Shown here one piece after another: positions 19,300 to 27,901 of a stretch of DNA of 64,000 nucleotides. Source of the stretch: Candidatus Thalassarchaeaceae archaeon (GTDB lineage: Archaea > Thermoplasmatota > Poseidoniia > Poseidoniales > Thalassarchaeaceae); NCBI GenBank assembly GCA_030749075.1, contig JASMKR010000035.1, positions 15,858 to 79,857 on the forward strand. Reading direction: 5' to 3'. The notes below the pieces were generated by a model. It worked only from the letters and a program-made list of their open reading frames with translations, did not search any database and was not told where the DNA came from. A program made the translations under genes and the position numbers. Numbering within the stretch: the stretch's first letter is position 1; each line of letters starts with the position of its first letter.

Positions 19300-19956
19300 G
19301 TGTACACCGGAATCGTCGCTGGAGCCGCCCCGGTTACCGGGGTTGATGATGGTGAAGGAATCCGAACTCTGACAATCGACCTAGATGGATTCTGCGAAGG
19401 GCTTCAGACCGGTGCGAGCGTAGCACTGGACGGGGTTTGTATGACGGTTGTGTCCATCGATGGAACGGAGGTCCGCTTCGATGCTATAGAGGAGACTCTA
19501 GGGCGGACGACACTTGGGGGGCTCAGCGTTGGAGGAATGGTCAACGTTGAGCGTTCCCTGAAGGTGGGCGATGAGCTCGGTGGGCACATACTCTCGGGCC
19601 ACGTCATGGCCACAGCGAGAATCATCGGCAGGGAAGAGCGCGGTGAGGGGCTGGACCTGCTGGTTGTTAATCCGGCCAATGCCCTACCTTTCATCATTGA
19701 GAAGGGATTCATCGGCATCGACGGAATGTCCCTGACGATTGGCGAGGTTTCGGAAGAAGACTTCGCACTGCACATAATCCCTGAGACCCTGAGAGTGACT
19801 ACGATAGGCAGCAAGGAAATAGGTGACAGCGTCAACATAGAGGTGGACTATCGGACTCAGGCGGTTATTGAGACGGTGATGAGGGGACTGACTCTCCCAC
19901 ACCCACTCGACTACCCCCCCCCTCAAGACCAATACGAAATGGGGGGCGATTTGTGA
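19300..19956 (+). CDS. ribE: riboflavin synthase, eubacterial (two lumazine-binding repeats) type
   Basis: A GTG start 1 nt after the ribL stop gives VYTGIVAGAA... (compare MFTGIV) and ELGGHILSGHV in the first repeat. It lies in the frame of the track ORF 19150..19956. Confidence 0.83.
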   Translation: MYTGIVAGAAPVTGVDDGEGIRTLTIDLDGFCEGLQTGASVALDGVCMTVVSIDGTEVRFDAIEETLGRTTLGGLSVGGMVNVERSLKVGDELGGHILSGHVMATARIIGREERGEGLDLLVVNPANALPFIIEKGFIGIDGMSLTIGEVSEEDFALHIIPETLRVTTIGSKEIGDSVNIEVDYRTQAVIETVMRGLTLPHPLDYPPPQDQYEMGGDL

Positions 19957-20348
19957 ATCTGGGAATTGTGTGCGGGTCATTCCATCGCGAGGAAGTAGGG
20001 AGGATGCTGGATTTCGCCAAGGACGAGGCTGCTTCGAAGAACTGGGAAGTTGGCGAGGTAATTTGGGTTCCGGGTTCCATGGAAGCCCCTCTAGCGCTCG
20101 AACGGCTGCTCCAACACGAGGACATCCAAGGAGCCGTAGTCCTCGGAATTATCGAGAGGGGAGAGACCGATCACGGGCTGGTTATGGGTCAGTCGGTCAC
20201 TCAGGCGATCATCGAGCTTCAAATCAAGCATAACAAGCCCATAGGGCTCGGTATTATTGGACCCGGGGCTGAACCAGAGCACATTGGGCCACGTCTGGAA
20301 CCGCATGCAAGGGCCGCTGTCGGAGCGGTAGCAGCGATGGTCGAGTAA
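19953..20348 (+). CDS. ribH: 6,7-dimethyl-8-ribityllumazine synthase
   Basis: 131 aa. NLGIVCGSFHREE...VPGSMEAPLA fits lumazine synthase. GTGA start/stop overlap with ribE. Confidence 0.85.
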   Translation: MNLGIVCGSFHREEVGRMLDFAKDEAASKNWEVGEVIWVPGSMEAPLALERLLQHEDIQGAVVLGIIERGETDHGLVMGQSVTQAIIELQIKHNKPIGLGIIGPGAEPEHIGPRLEPHARAAVGAVAAMVE

Positions 20349-21209
20349 TCACAGCCTCGTCGCCTTGAGGGTGAATGACAGAGGAATCGGCACGTGGCCC
20401 TCCTTGAGTCGCCAATAATTCGGTTGCGAGGGCTCGAAGAGCTCGGGCCAAGGATGGAAGAATAGTTCGTCTCGCTCGTTGATGAGATCGATTCGAAAGC
20501 CGTTCTCTAGAAGCGCGTTCATTATTGTGTCATACCTGTACTCCCAACAGTGAGTAGTGCGCTCAATGTCAGCCCCCTCCGAGGCATAGCTGCCTTCACC
20601 AATCTCTGAAACCGGGCCCTCGTTGAACAAATCGTACTTCAGAGCCAGTCGAGGGGGTTCTGATTCCTTCTTCAAATCGAGTGCATTAAGCATCGGGGTG
20701 CTCTCCTCAAGATACAGCACCCCTCCCTGCTTGGTCAGAGCAGCGCACACTCGTGCCCACTCGTATAGGTCAGGAAGCCAACACAATGCCCCGCGGCCCG
20801 TGTACAGTATGTCGAAGCGTTCCCCACCCAGTGCCTCGACGGCGTCGCTGACACTGCTGACGATGAACCGGGAGTCATCAATCCCGAGAATGTCGGCGAA
20901 TCGCTCGGCCTCGGCTATGGCGTTCGGGGAGAAGTCGAGGCCAGTCACCCGCGCGCCCTCGCGCGCCCACGATAGCGTGTCGGTACCTATGTGGCACTGC
21001 ATGTGGAGCAGCGTCTTGCCCTCGACCGAGCCCACCTCCTCGATCTCCCACGGGGCCAGTTTCGACTCACCTGCCAGCCATTGCTCGATCCGGTAGAATT
21101 CCGCACCACTACCCTGCGCGTGCAAGTGAGCCATCGCATCCCAGGACTCTAGATTCTCGCGAATCGCCTCCTCATCGTCCGCGGGCGGCGGGGCGGTTCT
21201 CCAAGCCAT
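20349..21209 (-). CDS. class I SAM-dependent methyltransferase
   Basis: SAM-binding motif region LLHMQCHIGTDTLSWAREGARVTGLDFSPNAI. The internal ATG at 21209 (MAWRTAPP...) is preferred. Confidence 0.72.
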   Translation of the reverse strand: MAWRTAPPPADDEEAIRENLESWDAMAHLHAQGSGAEFYRIEQWLAGESKLAPWEIEEVGSVEGKTLLHMQCHIGTDTLSWAREGARVTGLDFSPNAIAEAERFADILGIDDSRFIVSSVSDAVEALGGERFDILYTGRGALCWLPDLYEWARVCAALTKQGGVLYLEESTPMLNALDLKKESEPPRLALKYDLFNEGPVSEIGEGSYASEGADIERTTHCWEYRYDTIMNALLENGFRIDLINERDELFFHPWPELFEPSQPNYWRLKEGHVPIPLSFTLKATRL

Positions 21210-21339
21210 GCTCGTGCGTCGGGGATTCTTGATGAAACCCTGTCGGCAGTGCGAGGATGCGATTATTCCTCTATCGCGAATCGTTTTCAGAAGTTTTTCA
21301 GAGGCAGGGTTGAAGGACGTCCCACCATTGGGGACGCTC

Positions 21340-22269
21340 GTGGGCGACGATGTGCGCAAATTGGTGATCATTGGATCCGGCCCGGCTGGCTACACCGCTG
21401 GTTTGTATGCCTCCCGGGCCCTATTGGATCCCCTCATGTTCGCCGGATACATGTCAGGTGGCCAATTGATGCTCACCTCCGAGGTTGAGAACTTCCCCGG
21501 ATATCCCCGGGGAGTGGAGGGGCCGGCCATGATGGTCCACATGAGGGAGCAAGCCGAGCGCTTCGGGCTTGAGGTACAAGACAAGAATGTTGAGAGGGTC
21601 GACCTCACTGAGCGGCCTTTCGGCGTTTGGGTCGAGGGGGAGGAAATTCGGGCGGAGGCAATCATCATCTGCACCGGGGCAGAGGCTATCTGGCTAGGAG
21701 TCGAGGGGGAGGATGCGCAGAAGGGCAGGGGGATTTCGACCTGCGCCACATGTGATGGCGCTTTCTTCCGCGACGAGGAGGTCATCGTCGTCGGCGGCGG
21801 GGACTCGGCCATGGAGGAGGCTACATTCCTGACCCGCTTCGCCAGCAAGGTCACCATTGTCCACCGGCGCGAAGGCTTCCGTGCTTCGAAGGTGATGTAC
21901 GAGAGGGCCTCCAATCACCCCAAAATCGACATCATGACATTCAGGCAGGTAAAGAGATGGCTCTCCGACGATAACGGTCTAACTGGGGCCATTTTGGAGG
22001 ACCCGCGAGATGGCTCTGTGGAGGAGATCTCATGCACTGGCGCTTTCATCGCTATCGGTCATGAGCCCATTACCGGATTCCTAGGGGGTCAAGTCGAGAC
22101 CGACGCAGAGGGATACATCATCCACAGTGAGAACACCATGACTAGCGTGGCCGGGGTTTTCGCCGCTGGCGACGTCGTCGACAAGCGCTACCGGCAGGCG
22201 ATTACCGCCGCAGGCATGGGCTGTCAATCAGCCATGGACGCTGAGAAGTGGCTGGAAGGCCATCACTGA
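21340..22269 (+). CDS. trxB: thioredoxin-disulfide reductase
   Basis: FAD motif VIIGSGPAGYTAG, redox-active CATCDGAFF, NADPH motifs VVGGGDSAMEEA and HRREGFRAS. The start is uncertain (GTG at 21340 chosen; the track ATG at 21208 would abut the divergent gene). Confidence 0.9.
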   Translation: MGDDVRKLVIIGSGPAGYTAGLYASRALLDPLMFAGYMSGGQLMLTSEVENFPGYPRGVEGPAMMVHMREQAERFGLEVQDKNVERVDLTERPFGVWVEGEEIRAEAIIICTGAEAIWLGVEGEDAQKGRGISTCATCDGAFFRDEEVIVVGGGDSAMEEATFLTRFASKVTIVHRREGFRASKVMYERASNHPKIDIMTFRQVKRWLSDDNGLTGAILEDPRDGSVEEISCTGAFIAIGHEPITGFLGGQVETDAEGYIIHSENTMTSVAGVFAAGDVVDKRYRQAITAAGMGCQSAMDAEKWLEGHH

Positions 22270-22278
22270 GGTCCCGTT

Positions 22279-22692
22279 ATGGACAGCGTCGACGTATTCG
22301 ACGACATCGGTACTTGGCAGGAAAGGAGCTGGCTGAGCCACAGAATGGCCGATGGGGTGTACCTCCTGCACACTGGAATAACGCTCTACTGTGCTTTCGC
22401 ATGGCTCGGCCCCCACGACTGGATGCTCTGGGGGGTCGTGATCATCTACGGCTCTACCGAGATGCTGTGGCTGTTCAGGGACAGTTTCTGTGTACTCACT
22501 GACCTCGAACGACACCTACGCGGCGTTCCAAAGCCGGACTCATACCTTGAGCAGAACTTCATCCGCAGATTGCTCCTTTCTCTTTTTCGCAAGGACATTG
22601 TCCCAGAGGTGGCCAAGTCAGTTACAAGGGCATGGGGGCGGATTGGCTTTCTGGTGGCATCCGTTCGACTCTTCGTACCAAGCGTCCCATGA
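22279..22692 (+). CDS. hypothetical membrane protein
   Basis: 137-aa ORF with 2-3 hydrophobic segments and no family recognised. Confidence 0.35.
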   Translation: MDSVDVFDDIGTWQERSWLSHRMADGVYLLHTGITLYCAFAWLGPHDWMLWGVVIIYGSTEMLWLFRDSFCVLTDLERHLRGVPKPDSYLEQNFIRRLLLSLFRKDIVPEVAKSVTRAWGRIGFLVASVRLFVPSVP

Positions 22693-22743
22693 AGAGTCAG
22701 CCTGACCGAAGCACACTTGGACAGAACGCACCCTCGGTAGACC

Positions 22744-23847
22744 GTGTCTGACGGACTTGATGGGGCCCAGAGGGAGCGCTACGCTCGACATCTAGTCCTT
22801 CCAGACGTAGGCGAAGAGGGGCAATCTCGTCTACTGGGGGCATCCGTTCTCGTTGTCGGTGCGGGAGGCCTTGGCTCCCCAGCATTGCTTTATCTCGCAG
22901 CAGCCGGAGTGGGCAAGATTGGGATTGTTGATCTCGACGTGGTCAGTGTGTCGAATCTACAGAGGCAGATCATCCATAGCACTTCCACCATTGGCGACTC
23001 CAAGGCGTCTTCCGCGGCAAGGAGAGTCTCGGACCTCAATCCCGACGTCCTTGTGGAGGCAATCGAGCAGAGGCTGGACCATGGCAACGCCCTCGACATC
23101 ATCAAGAGATACGATGTGGTACTGGACGGTACTGACAACTTCGATTCTCGCTATTTGATAGGAGACGCTTGCGAGGTGTTAGGCAAACCATGGGTGTTCG
23201 GTAGCATCCACAGGTTCGATGGACAGGTTTCGATGTTCAATCTTGATGGTGGGCCTAATTACCGCGACCTATTTCCCGAACCACCCCCGCTTGAGTTTGC
23301 CCCTAACTGCGCAGAGGCAGGAGTGCTTGGGGTGCTTCCCGGGCTCGTGGGGACGATACAGGCGACAGAGGCGATAAAGGCTATTCTAGGCATTGGTGGG
23401 TCGCTCTGTGGCAAGCTCCTCACCATAGACGCATTAACTATGGAAATGCGCACCCTTTCTTTCTCTGCCAACCCAGATAGGGTGCGAGTTTCGTCTCTCG
23501 AGAAGTCAAAAGGAGCAATGTTCTCGGAAATTAGCCCAAAGGACTACGTAAGTCGCCTTGAGAACGGTTGGGCGCCTTTTCTCCTAGACGTCCGCAGGGC
23601 AGAAGAGGAGGATATTGTCTCGATAGCTGGAACCGACCTGCGAATCCAACATTCCCAGGTTCTCGGGAGGATCGATGAGATTCCAAGGGACAGGGATGTG
23701 GTAATCTACTGCAGAGTTGGAAGCAGATCCGCTGCAGTAGCCCGATTTCTCTCCGAGTATGGGCGACTGGACAATAGTATCTACAACCTCAGTGGGGGCA
23801 TCCATGCGTGGTCAGAAACCGTAGATTCTAGTTTCATAAAATACTAA
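22744..23847 (+). CDS. MoeB/ThiF/Uba4-like E1 adenylyltransferase with C-terminal rhodanese domain
   Basis: ERYARHLVLPDVGEEGQSRL, the nucleotide loop VVGAGGLGSPALLYLAAAGVG and NLQRQ. The C-terminal rhodanese has the active-site loop YCRVGSRS. GTG start. Confidence 0.87.
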   Translation: MSDGLDGAQRERYARHLVLPDVGEEGQSRLLGASVLVVGAGGLGSPALLYLAAAGVGKIGIVDLDVVSVSNLQRQIIHSTSTIGDSKASSAARRVSDLNPDVLVEAIEQRLDHGNALDIIKRYDVVLDGTDNFDSRYLIGDACEVLGKPWVFGSIHRFDGQVSMFNLDGGPNYRDLFPEPPPLEFAPNCAEAGVLGVLPGLVGTIQATEAIKAILGIGGSLCGKLLTIDALTMEMRTLSFSANPDRVRVSSLEKSKGAMFSEISPKDYVSRLENGWAPFLLDVRRAEEEDIVSIAGTDLRIQHSQVLGRIDEIPRDRDVVIYCRVGSRSAAVARFLSEYGRLDNSIYNLSGGIHAWSETVDSSFIKY

Positions 23848-24015
23848 TTGTGGTAATTTTTTCAATAATACAGTATTTATTTGTGGTAAATTTGTATAAA
23901 TTATGCCCATTATTGTGACATGTCGACTACTGACGTGCAATATTATTGTATAGATGTGGTTTATTTAGTCTTAAACAACCGATTAATTGTTGTACTATTA
24001 CTTCATCGATCCGAT
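23848..24015. promoter_or_regulatory. AT-rich intergenic island with TATA-like box and three copies of TGTGGT(W)3TTT
   Basis: About 170 nt that are far more AT-rich than the flanks. tgtggtaatttt (23849-23860), tgtggtaaattt (23882-23893), tgtggtttattt (23955-23966), and tataaatt at 23895-23902. Confidence 0.5.
23857..23862 (+). terminator. oligo-T tract (T6) 10 nt after the E1-like gene stop
   Basis: taattttttc lies directly downstream of the stop at 23845-23847. Archaeal terminators are typically oligo-T runs. Confidence 0.35.
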
Positions 24016-26895
24016 ATGAGTTATGCACGTCGAGGCATCTGGAAGTGCCCCTCCTGCTCCAAGCATCAGGTATGGAAGACGAGGAACGCGGGAGTCAATC
24101 ATCTCGACCGGAGGTGCGGAAGCTGCGGCGATAGGATCAGAGTAACGCTTGATCGTTCCAATTCCGGTCAGGGGCGTTTGCGAACTGTCGATATTTGGGA
24201 GAGGGGGGCTGCAATCAGCTTGAATGAGCTGGAAGAGGAAGTAGGGCGCAGGGACGAAGGAAGGGGGGGTCGAGCGGAGCGCTTTGACGAAGGGGCGGAC
24301 AAATTGCTTGAGGCGGTAACGCAAGCAGATTTGCCTGTCATTTGGGGTGCTGGTTGGAGGGCCAAGGAGGCACTCTCGTTTCCAAGGCCCTTGAAATCCA
24401 AAGAAGTGAGAGCGCAGTTGCTTACTTTCATCGCTGAACGTCACGACGGACACCTGAATGTCATCGCGGACTGCTGGGATGGGGAGGGAGTGCGGGCCAC
24501 CTTCGATGGAGTGGAATTCCACGAGTTCTCGGACAGCCTGCTGGAAAGAATCGGGGAGCATCTGGCAGAGCGCTTGCTGGGACCGCAACTGGCGACTCTT
24601 GAGAAGACTGAAATCATTCCCATGAGGTCTGGGAGGATTTACCTAGACCGACGTGCTGCGCGGTTTCTGCTGGACGTCTCGCTATGCTTGAGGAGAATTG
24701 CGCACTACGCCTCGATTACGCTTGAGCAACGAATGGAATGGCAGCGATGGATGATGCGGACAAGGTTGGTCGACGAGCAGCTGAAGGACCTCTTCGGAAA
24801 CGGCTTGCCAACGCCGGATGGAGGTAGTTTCGGTGGAAAGGGTTTCCAATCCACGTGGCAGGAGGGCATAGTCGCATGCGCCTCTTCTCTCAGGAGAGCT
24901 GTCGATATGCCCCCCGAAGAACGCCGCAGTGCCGATATCGTGGCACCGATGATCCGCGATGTCGGTCTCGCGCTAGCAATGGGCCAGACTCCCTCCGAGA
25001 TACTCGTCGCTCAGATGGGGAAGTCCGCCTCCTACATGGACGGCGGACATTCGGGAAGTGGTGGCAGAGATCTGCACATAGGTAACTGGGAGAAGGGGGT
25101 CCTTCCGCCAACTGCTCCACTACCTATAGCCAGCGCCACGACCACGGGCGTGGCTCTGGCTGCCAAGCATCTGGGGATAGACCGATTCCACCTTGCTCCC
25201 GTCGGGGAGGGGTGCAGTAGCAGCGGGGAGTTCTGGGAGGCGATGAACTTCGCTGGAGCCCGCGGCCTTCCCATCTGCTTCATGATACAGAATAACCAGA
25301 TTGCACTGGATACATTCGTCGTGAGTCAATCTGGGGCGGAGACCTTCGGCGATAAGGGACATGCGATGGGGATTCCATCATGGACAATCGACGGCTCGGA
25401 TCCGGCCAATTTCTACTCCTCGACGGCCGTGGCTCGTGAATTTGCCACGACCGGCGGTGGGGCTACCCTGATTCATGTCGAGACCATGCGGGGCTGTGGT
25501 CACGCGCACCATCACGATGACCTCTATCTTGGTGCTGCAAGCGGCAATCCACCTGGCTACGTTGACCGTGGGTTACTCTCCTACTGGGCAGACAAGGATC
25601 CAATTCCCAATCACAGGGAACTCCTAATCCACTTGGGTGCGAGCGAAGGGGCTCTAGTGGAAATGGCGGCCGAGGAGGAATCGCTGGTGGAGGCCGCGAG
25701 GGCCGATCTAGAGAAGATGGCTTGGCCCACGGGACATTCGGTGACCAAGGGCGTCACCTCTTTGCACGATGCTCCCAGCCATGCTCAGCAACTAGGGAGG
25801 ATGCAGGATAAGGGAGGGCGTGTAGAATCCCCCCTTGCCCCGGGTGAGCTCGCTCTAAAGTTCTCGGAGGCCTCAAACTCCTGGACGTACAGCCGGGCCA
25901 TCCAGAACGGAATGGTGGCAATAGCCGAGAAATATCCCAAACAGGCCATATTCATGGGGGAGGACATGGAGGTTGCTGGAGCCTTTGGTATGAATCTCCC
26001 GCTCAAGGCCAAGGGGCACCAAGGCAAACTGCTGGACATGCCTCTGTCCGAGGCGATAATCATCCATTCCGCTACCGGGGCCGCACTTGGAGGGATGCGC
26101 CCCCTGACTGAGATTCAATTTGGCGGCTTCGCGGCTCTTGCGATGAATCCCCTAATCAACAACGCAGCCCAACTTCGGTGGAGATGGGGTGGCGAGGTAC
26201 CAATGACCGTAAGGATTCCACTGGGGGCCAAGACTCGCAGTGGTCCCTTCCATGCCAACATGATCGAATCGTGGTTCATCAATGACCCGGGGCTCGTCAT
26301 CGTGTTTCCCAGCACCCCTCAGGACGCGTACGATCTGCTAATCGAGTCGCACTCCTTGCCGGACCCTGTAGTCTACCTAGAGCACATTGGACTGTACGGT
26401 CTGAGGGGGGGTAAGACTGGGTGGGGGAAGTCAATCAACCAACTAGTAGACACTGAATCCGTACACCAGAGGCTCTCTGGGGGCCAGACCTCTGTCGGCG
26501 AAGCGAAGGTTGTGCGTGGGGGTCGGGATCTGACCATTATTTCCTGGGGAGCGATGGTCCACGTCGCCCTGGAGGCTTGTTCAGAGGCCTCCAATAAGGG
26601 TGTTGAGGTCGAGGTCATTGACCTCAGGACCCTCGTCCCCCTTGACGCGCGGACTTGCGTCGAGTCGGTTCGTCGTACGGGAAAGCTGCTTATTCTGCAA
26701 GAATCTCAGTGGTCAGGGGGGTTTGGACATACGGTCAGCAGCAGAATCATCGAAGAGGCATTCTGGAGCTTGGAATGTCCCCCAGTAGTCATTGGAGCTC
26801 TAGATACCCCGGTGCCCTTCTCTCCTACTTTGGAGGATCACACGATTCCTTCTGTTGAACTGGTCTCGCGCCATATTGAGGTAGCATGCGCTTGA
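24016..26895 (+). CDS. fused 2-oxoacid dehydrogenase E1 component (alpha + beta) with N-terminal zinc-ribbon domain
   Basis: CPSC...CGSC (24046-24126) opens a ~200-aa unknown domain. The E1 alpha TPP motif is GEGCSSSGEFWEAMNFAGARGLPICFMIQNN (25204-25286). E1 beta/transketolase-like: FMGEDMEVAGAFG, DMPLSEAIIIHSATGAALGGMRPLTEIQFGGFA. ATG at 24016 is preferred over 23920. Confidence 0.83.
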   Translation: MSYARRGIWKCPSCSKHQVWKTRNAGVNHLDRRCGSCGDRIRVTLDRSNSGQGRLRTVDIWERGAAISLNELEEEVGRRDEGRGGRAERFDEGADKLLEAVTQADLPVIWGAGWRAKEALSFPRPLKSKEVRAQLLTFIAERHDGHLNVIADCWDGEGVRATFDGVEFHEFSDSLLERIGEHLAERLLGPQLATLEKTEIIPMRSGRIYLDRRAARFLLDVSLCLRRIAHYASITLEQRMEWQRWMMRTRLVDEQLKDLFGNGLPTPDGGSFGGKGFQSTWQEGIVACASSLRRAVDMPPEERRSADIVAPMIRDVGLALAMGQTPSEILVAQMGKSASYMDGGHSGSGGRDLHIGNWEKGVLPPTAPLPIASATTTGVALAAKHLGIDRFHLAPVGEGCSSSGEFWEAMNFAGARGLPICFMIQNNQIALDTFVVSQSGAETFGDKGHAMGIPSWTIDGSDPANFYSSTAVAREFATTGGGATLIHVETMRGCGHAHHHDDLYLGAASGNPPGYVDRGLLSYWADKDPIPNHRELLIHLGASEGALVEMAAEEESLVEAARADLEKMAWPTGHSVTKGVTSLHDAPSHAQQLGRMQDKGGRVESPLAPGELALKFSEASNSWTYSRAIQNGMVAIAEKYPKQAIFMGEDMEVAGAFGMNLPLKAKGHQGKLLDMPLSEAIIIHSATGAALGGMRPLTEIQFGGFAALAMNPLINNAAQLRWRWGGEVPMTVRIPLGAKTRSGPFHANMIESWFINDPGLVIVFPSTPQDAYDLLIESHSLPDPVVYLEHIGLYGLRGGKTGWGKSINQLVDTESVHQRLSGGQTSVGEAKVVRGGRDLTIISWGAMVHVALEACSEASNKGVEVEVIDLRTLVPLDARTCVESVRRTGKLLILQESQWSGGFGHTVSSRIIEEAFWSLECPPVVIGALDTPVPFSPTLEDHTIPSVELVSRHIEVACA

Positions 26896-26926
26896 CCAAA
26901 TCCTCAATCCCACCTAGCAAACAGTC

Positions 26927-27883
26927 ATGTGCGTCTCTTCTCCGGAATGCGATGTGGATGCTGTATACGTTCTGATTGGTTTCGTCTTTCTGATGGGTGG
27001 GGGCGAGGGGCTCGTGCAAGGGGCAATTAGAATTTCAGGCAGACTCCAGGTTCCCCCTCTTCTGATTGGTTTTACTATAGTCGCCATTGGCACGTCGCTG
27101 CCCGAGCTTGCAGTCGCGCTTGAGGCTGTCAGACAGAGTTCGCCTGAGATTGCTGTGGGCGGCGTAATTGGCTCAAATGTAGCCAACGTGATGTTAGTCC
27201 TGGGAACCGCTGCCGTCCTCGGGGTGTGCTCCGACCCGGATGAGGGAATCAAGAGGGACGCAGTTGCGGTAATGGCCGCGACTCTGGTTCTACTGGCCAT
27301 TGTGTTGATTGGGGGGGCCTCGCAGATGGTTGGTTTCGGCATGATCGTCGCTCTAGCAGGGTACTACTGTTACGCATACATCGATGCAACCAGAACAGGC
27401 GAGGAGGTTGAGGTCGGTCACTCTTGGCTTCCTGATCGCTTGGATCTGGCCGTGCCGTCTTGCATAGCTGGAGGTTGGATGATCTGGATGGGAGCTGAAT
27501 TTCTCGTCAAAGGTGCCACTGGAATCGCTGAGAGCTACGGAATCTCCGAAGCGGTGATTGGACTATCGATGGTCGCCCTTGGCACCTCCCTTCCCGAGCT
27601 GGCAGTGACCCTAGTAGCAGGTCTGCGAGGACAAGGTGGGGTGGCGATAGGCAATGTCCTGGGATCGAATGTAATCAACATCCTGGGTATCCTCGGCGCC
27701 GCGGCTATCGTCGGCGGGGGTTTGGGAATCTCCAGCTCCTTCGCCGAGAGGGACGTATGGGTAGTCCTGGCAACCTCCGGAATCATTGCTGGCATGCTAT
27801 TGGGAGAACGGAAAATGGGCAAAGGCATCGGTTCGACGATGATCTTCGGCTACTTGGCTTACATCATCATTCTATACCTCTAA
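26927..27883 (+). CDS. Ca2+/Na+ (cation) antiporter, CaCA/YrbG family
   Basis: Polytopic protein with two alpha-repeat motifs: GTSLPELAVALEA and GTSLPELAVTLVA. Confidence 0.85.
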   Translation: MCVSSPECDVDAVYVLIGFVFLMGGGEGLVQGAIRISGRLQVPPLLIGFTIVAIGTSLPELAVALEAVRQSSPEIAVGGVIGSNVANVMLVLGTAAVLGVCSDPDEGIKRDAVAVMAATLVLLAIVLIGGASQMVGFGMIVALAGYYCYAYIDATRTGEEVEVGHSWLPDRLDLAVPSCIAGGWMIWMGAEFLVKGATGIAESYGISEAVIGLSMVALGTSLPELAVTLVAGLRGQGGVAIGNVLGSNVINILGILGAAAIVGGGLGISSSFAERDVWVVLATSGIIAGMLLGERKMGKGIGSTMIFGYLAYIIILYL

Positions 27884-27901
27884 TACGAGTGACTCCACCG
27901 T

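Noticed and set aside
23920-24015. ATG at 23920 as the true start of the E1 fusion (adds MSTTDVQYYCIDVVYLVLNNRLIVVLLLHRSD)
   Set aside because: This stretch is encoded by the AT-rich island with composition unlike the rest of the gene, so the ATG at 24016 is preferred. It is kept as an open alternative because a TATA-like box sits ~20-25 nt upstream of 23920.
23848-24015. AT-rich island as a replication origin
   Set aside because: There is no adjacent orc1/cdc6 gene, no inverted ORB-like elements flanking a DUE, and the island is only ~170 nt. A promoter/terminator region is the simpler reading.
23998-24588. 196-aa minus-strand ORF opposite the N-terminal extension of the E1 fusion. I considered whether it, rather than the zinc-ribbon domain, is the real gene.
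   Set aside because: The plus frame is continuous with the E1 domains and has a clean CxxC...CxxC ribbon and balanced composition. The antisense product has no motif. This is not fully excluded without homology searches.
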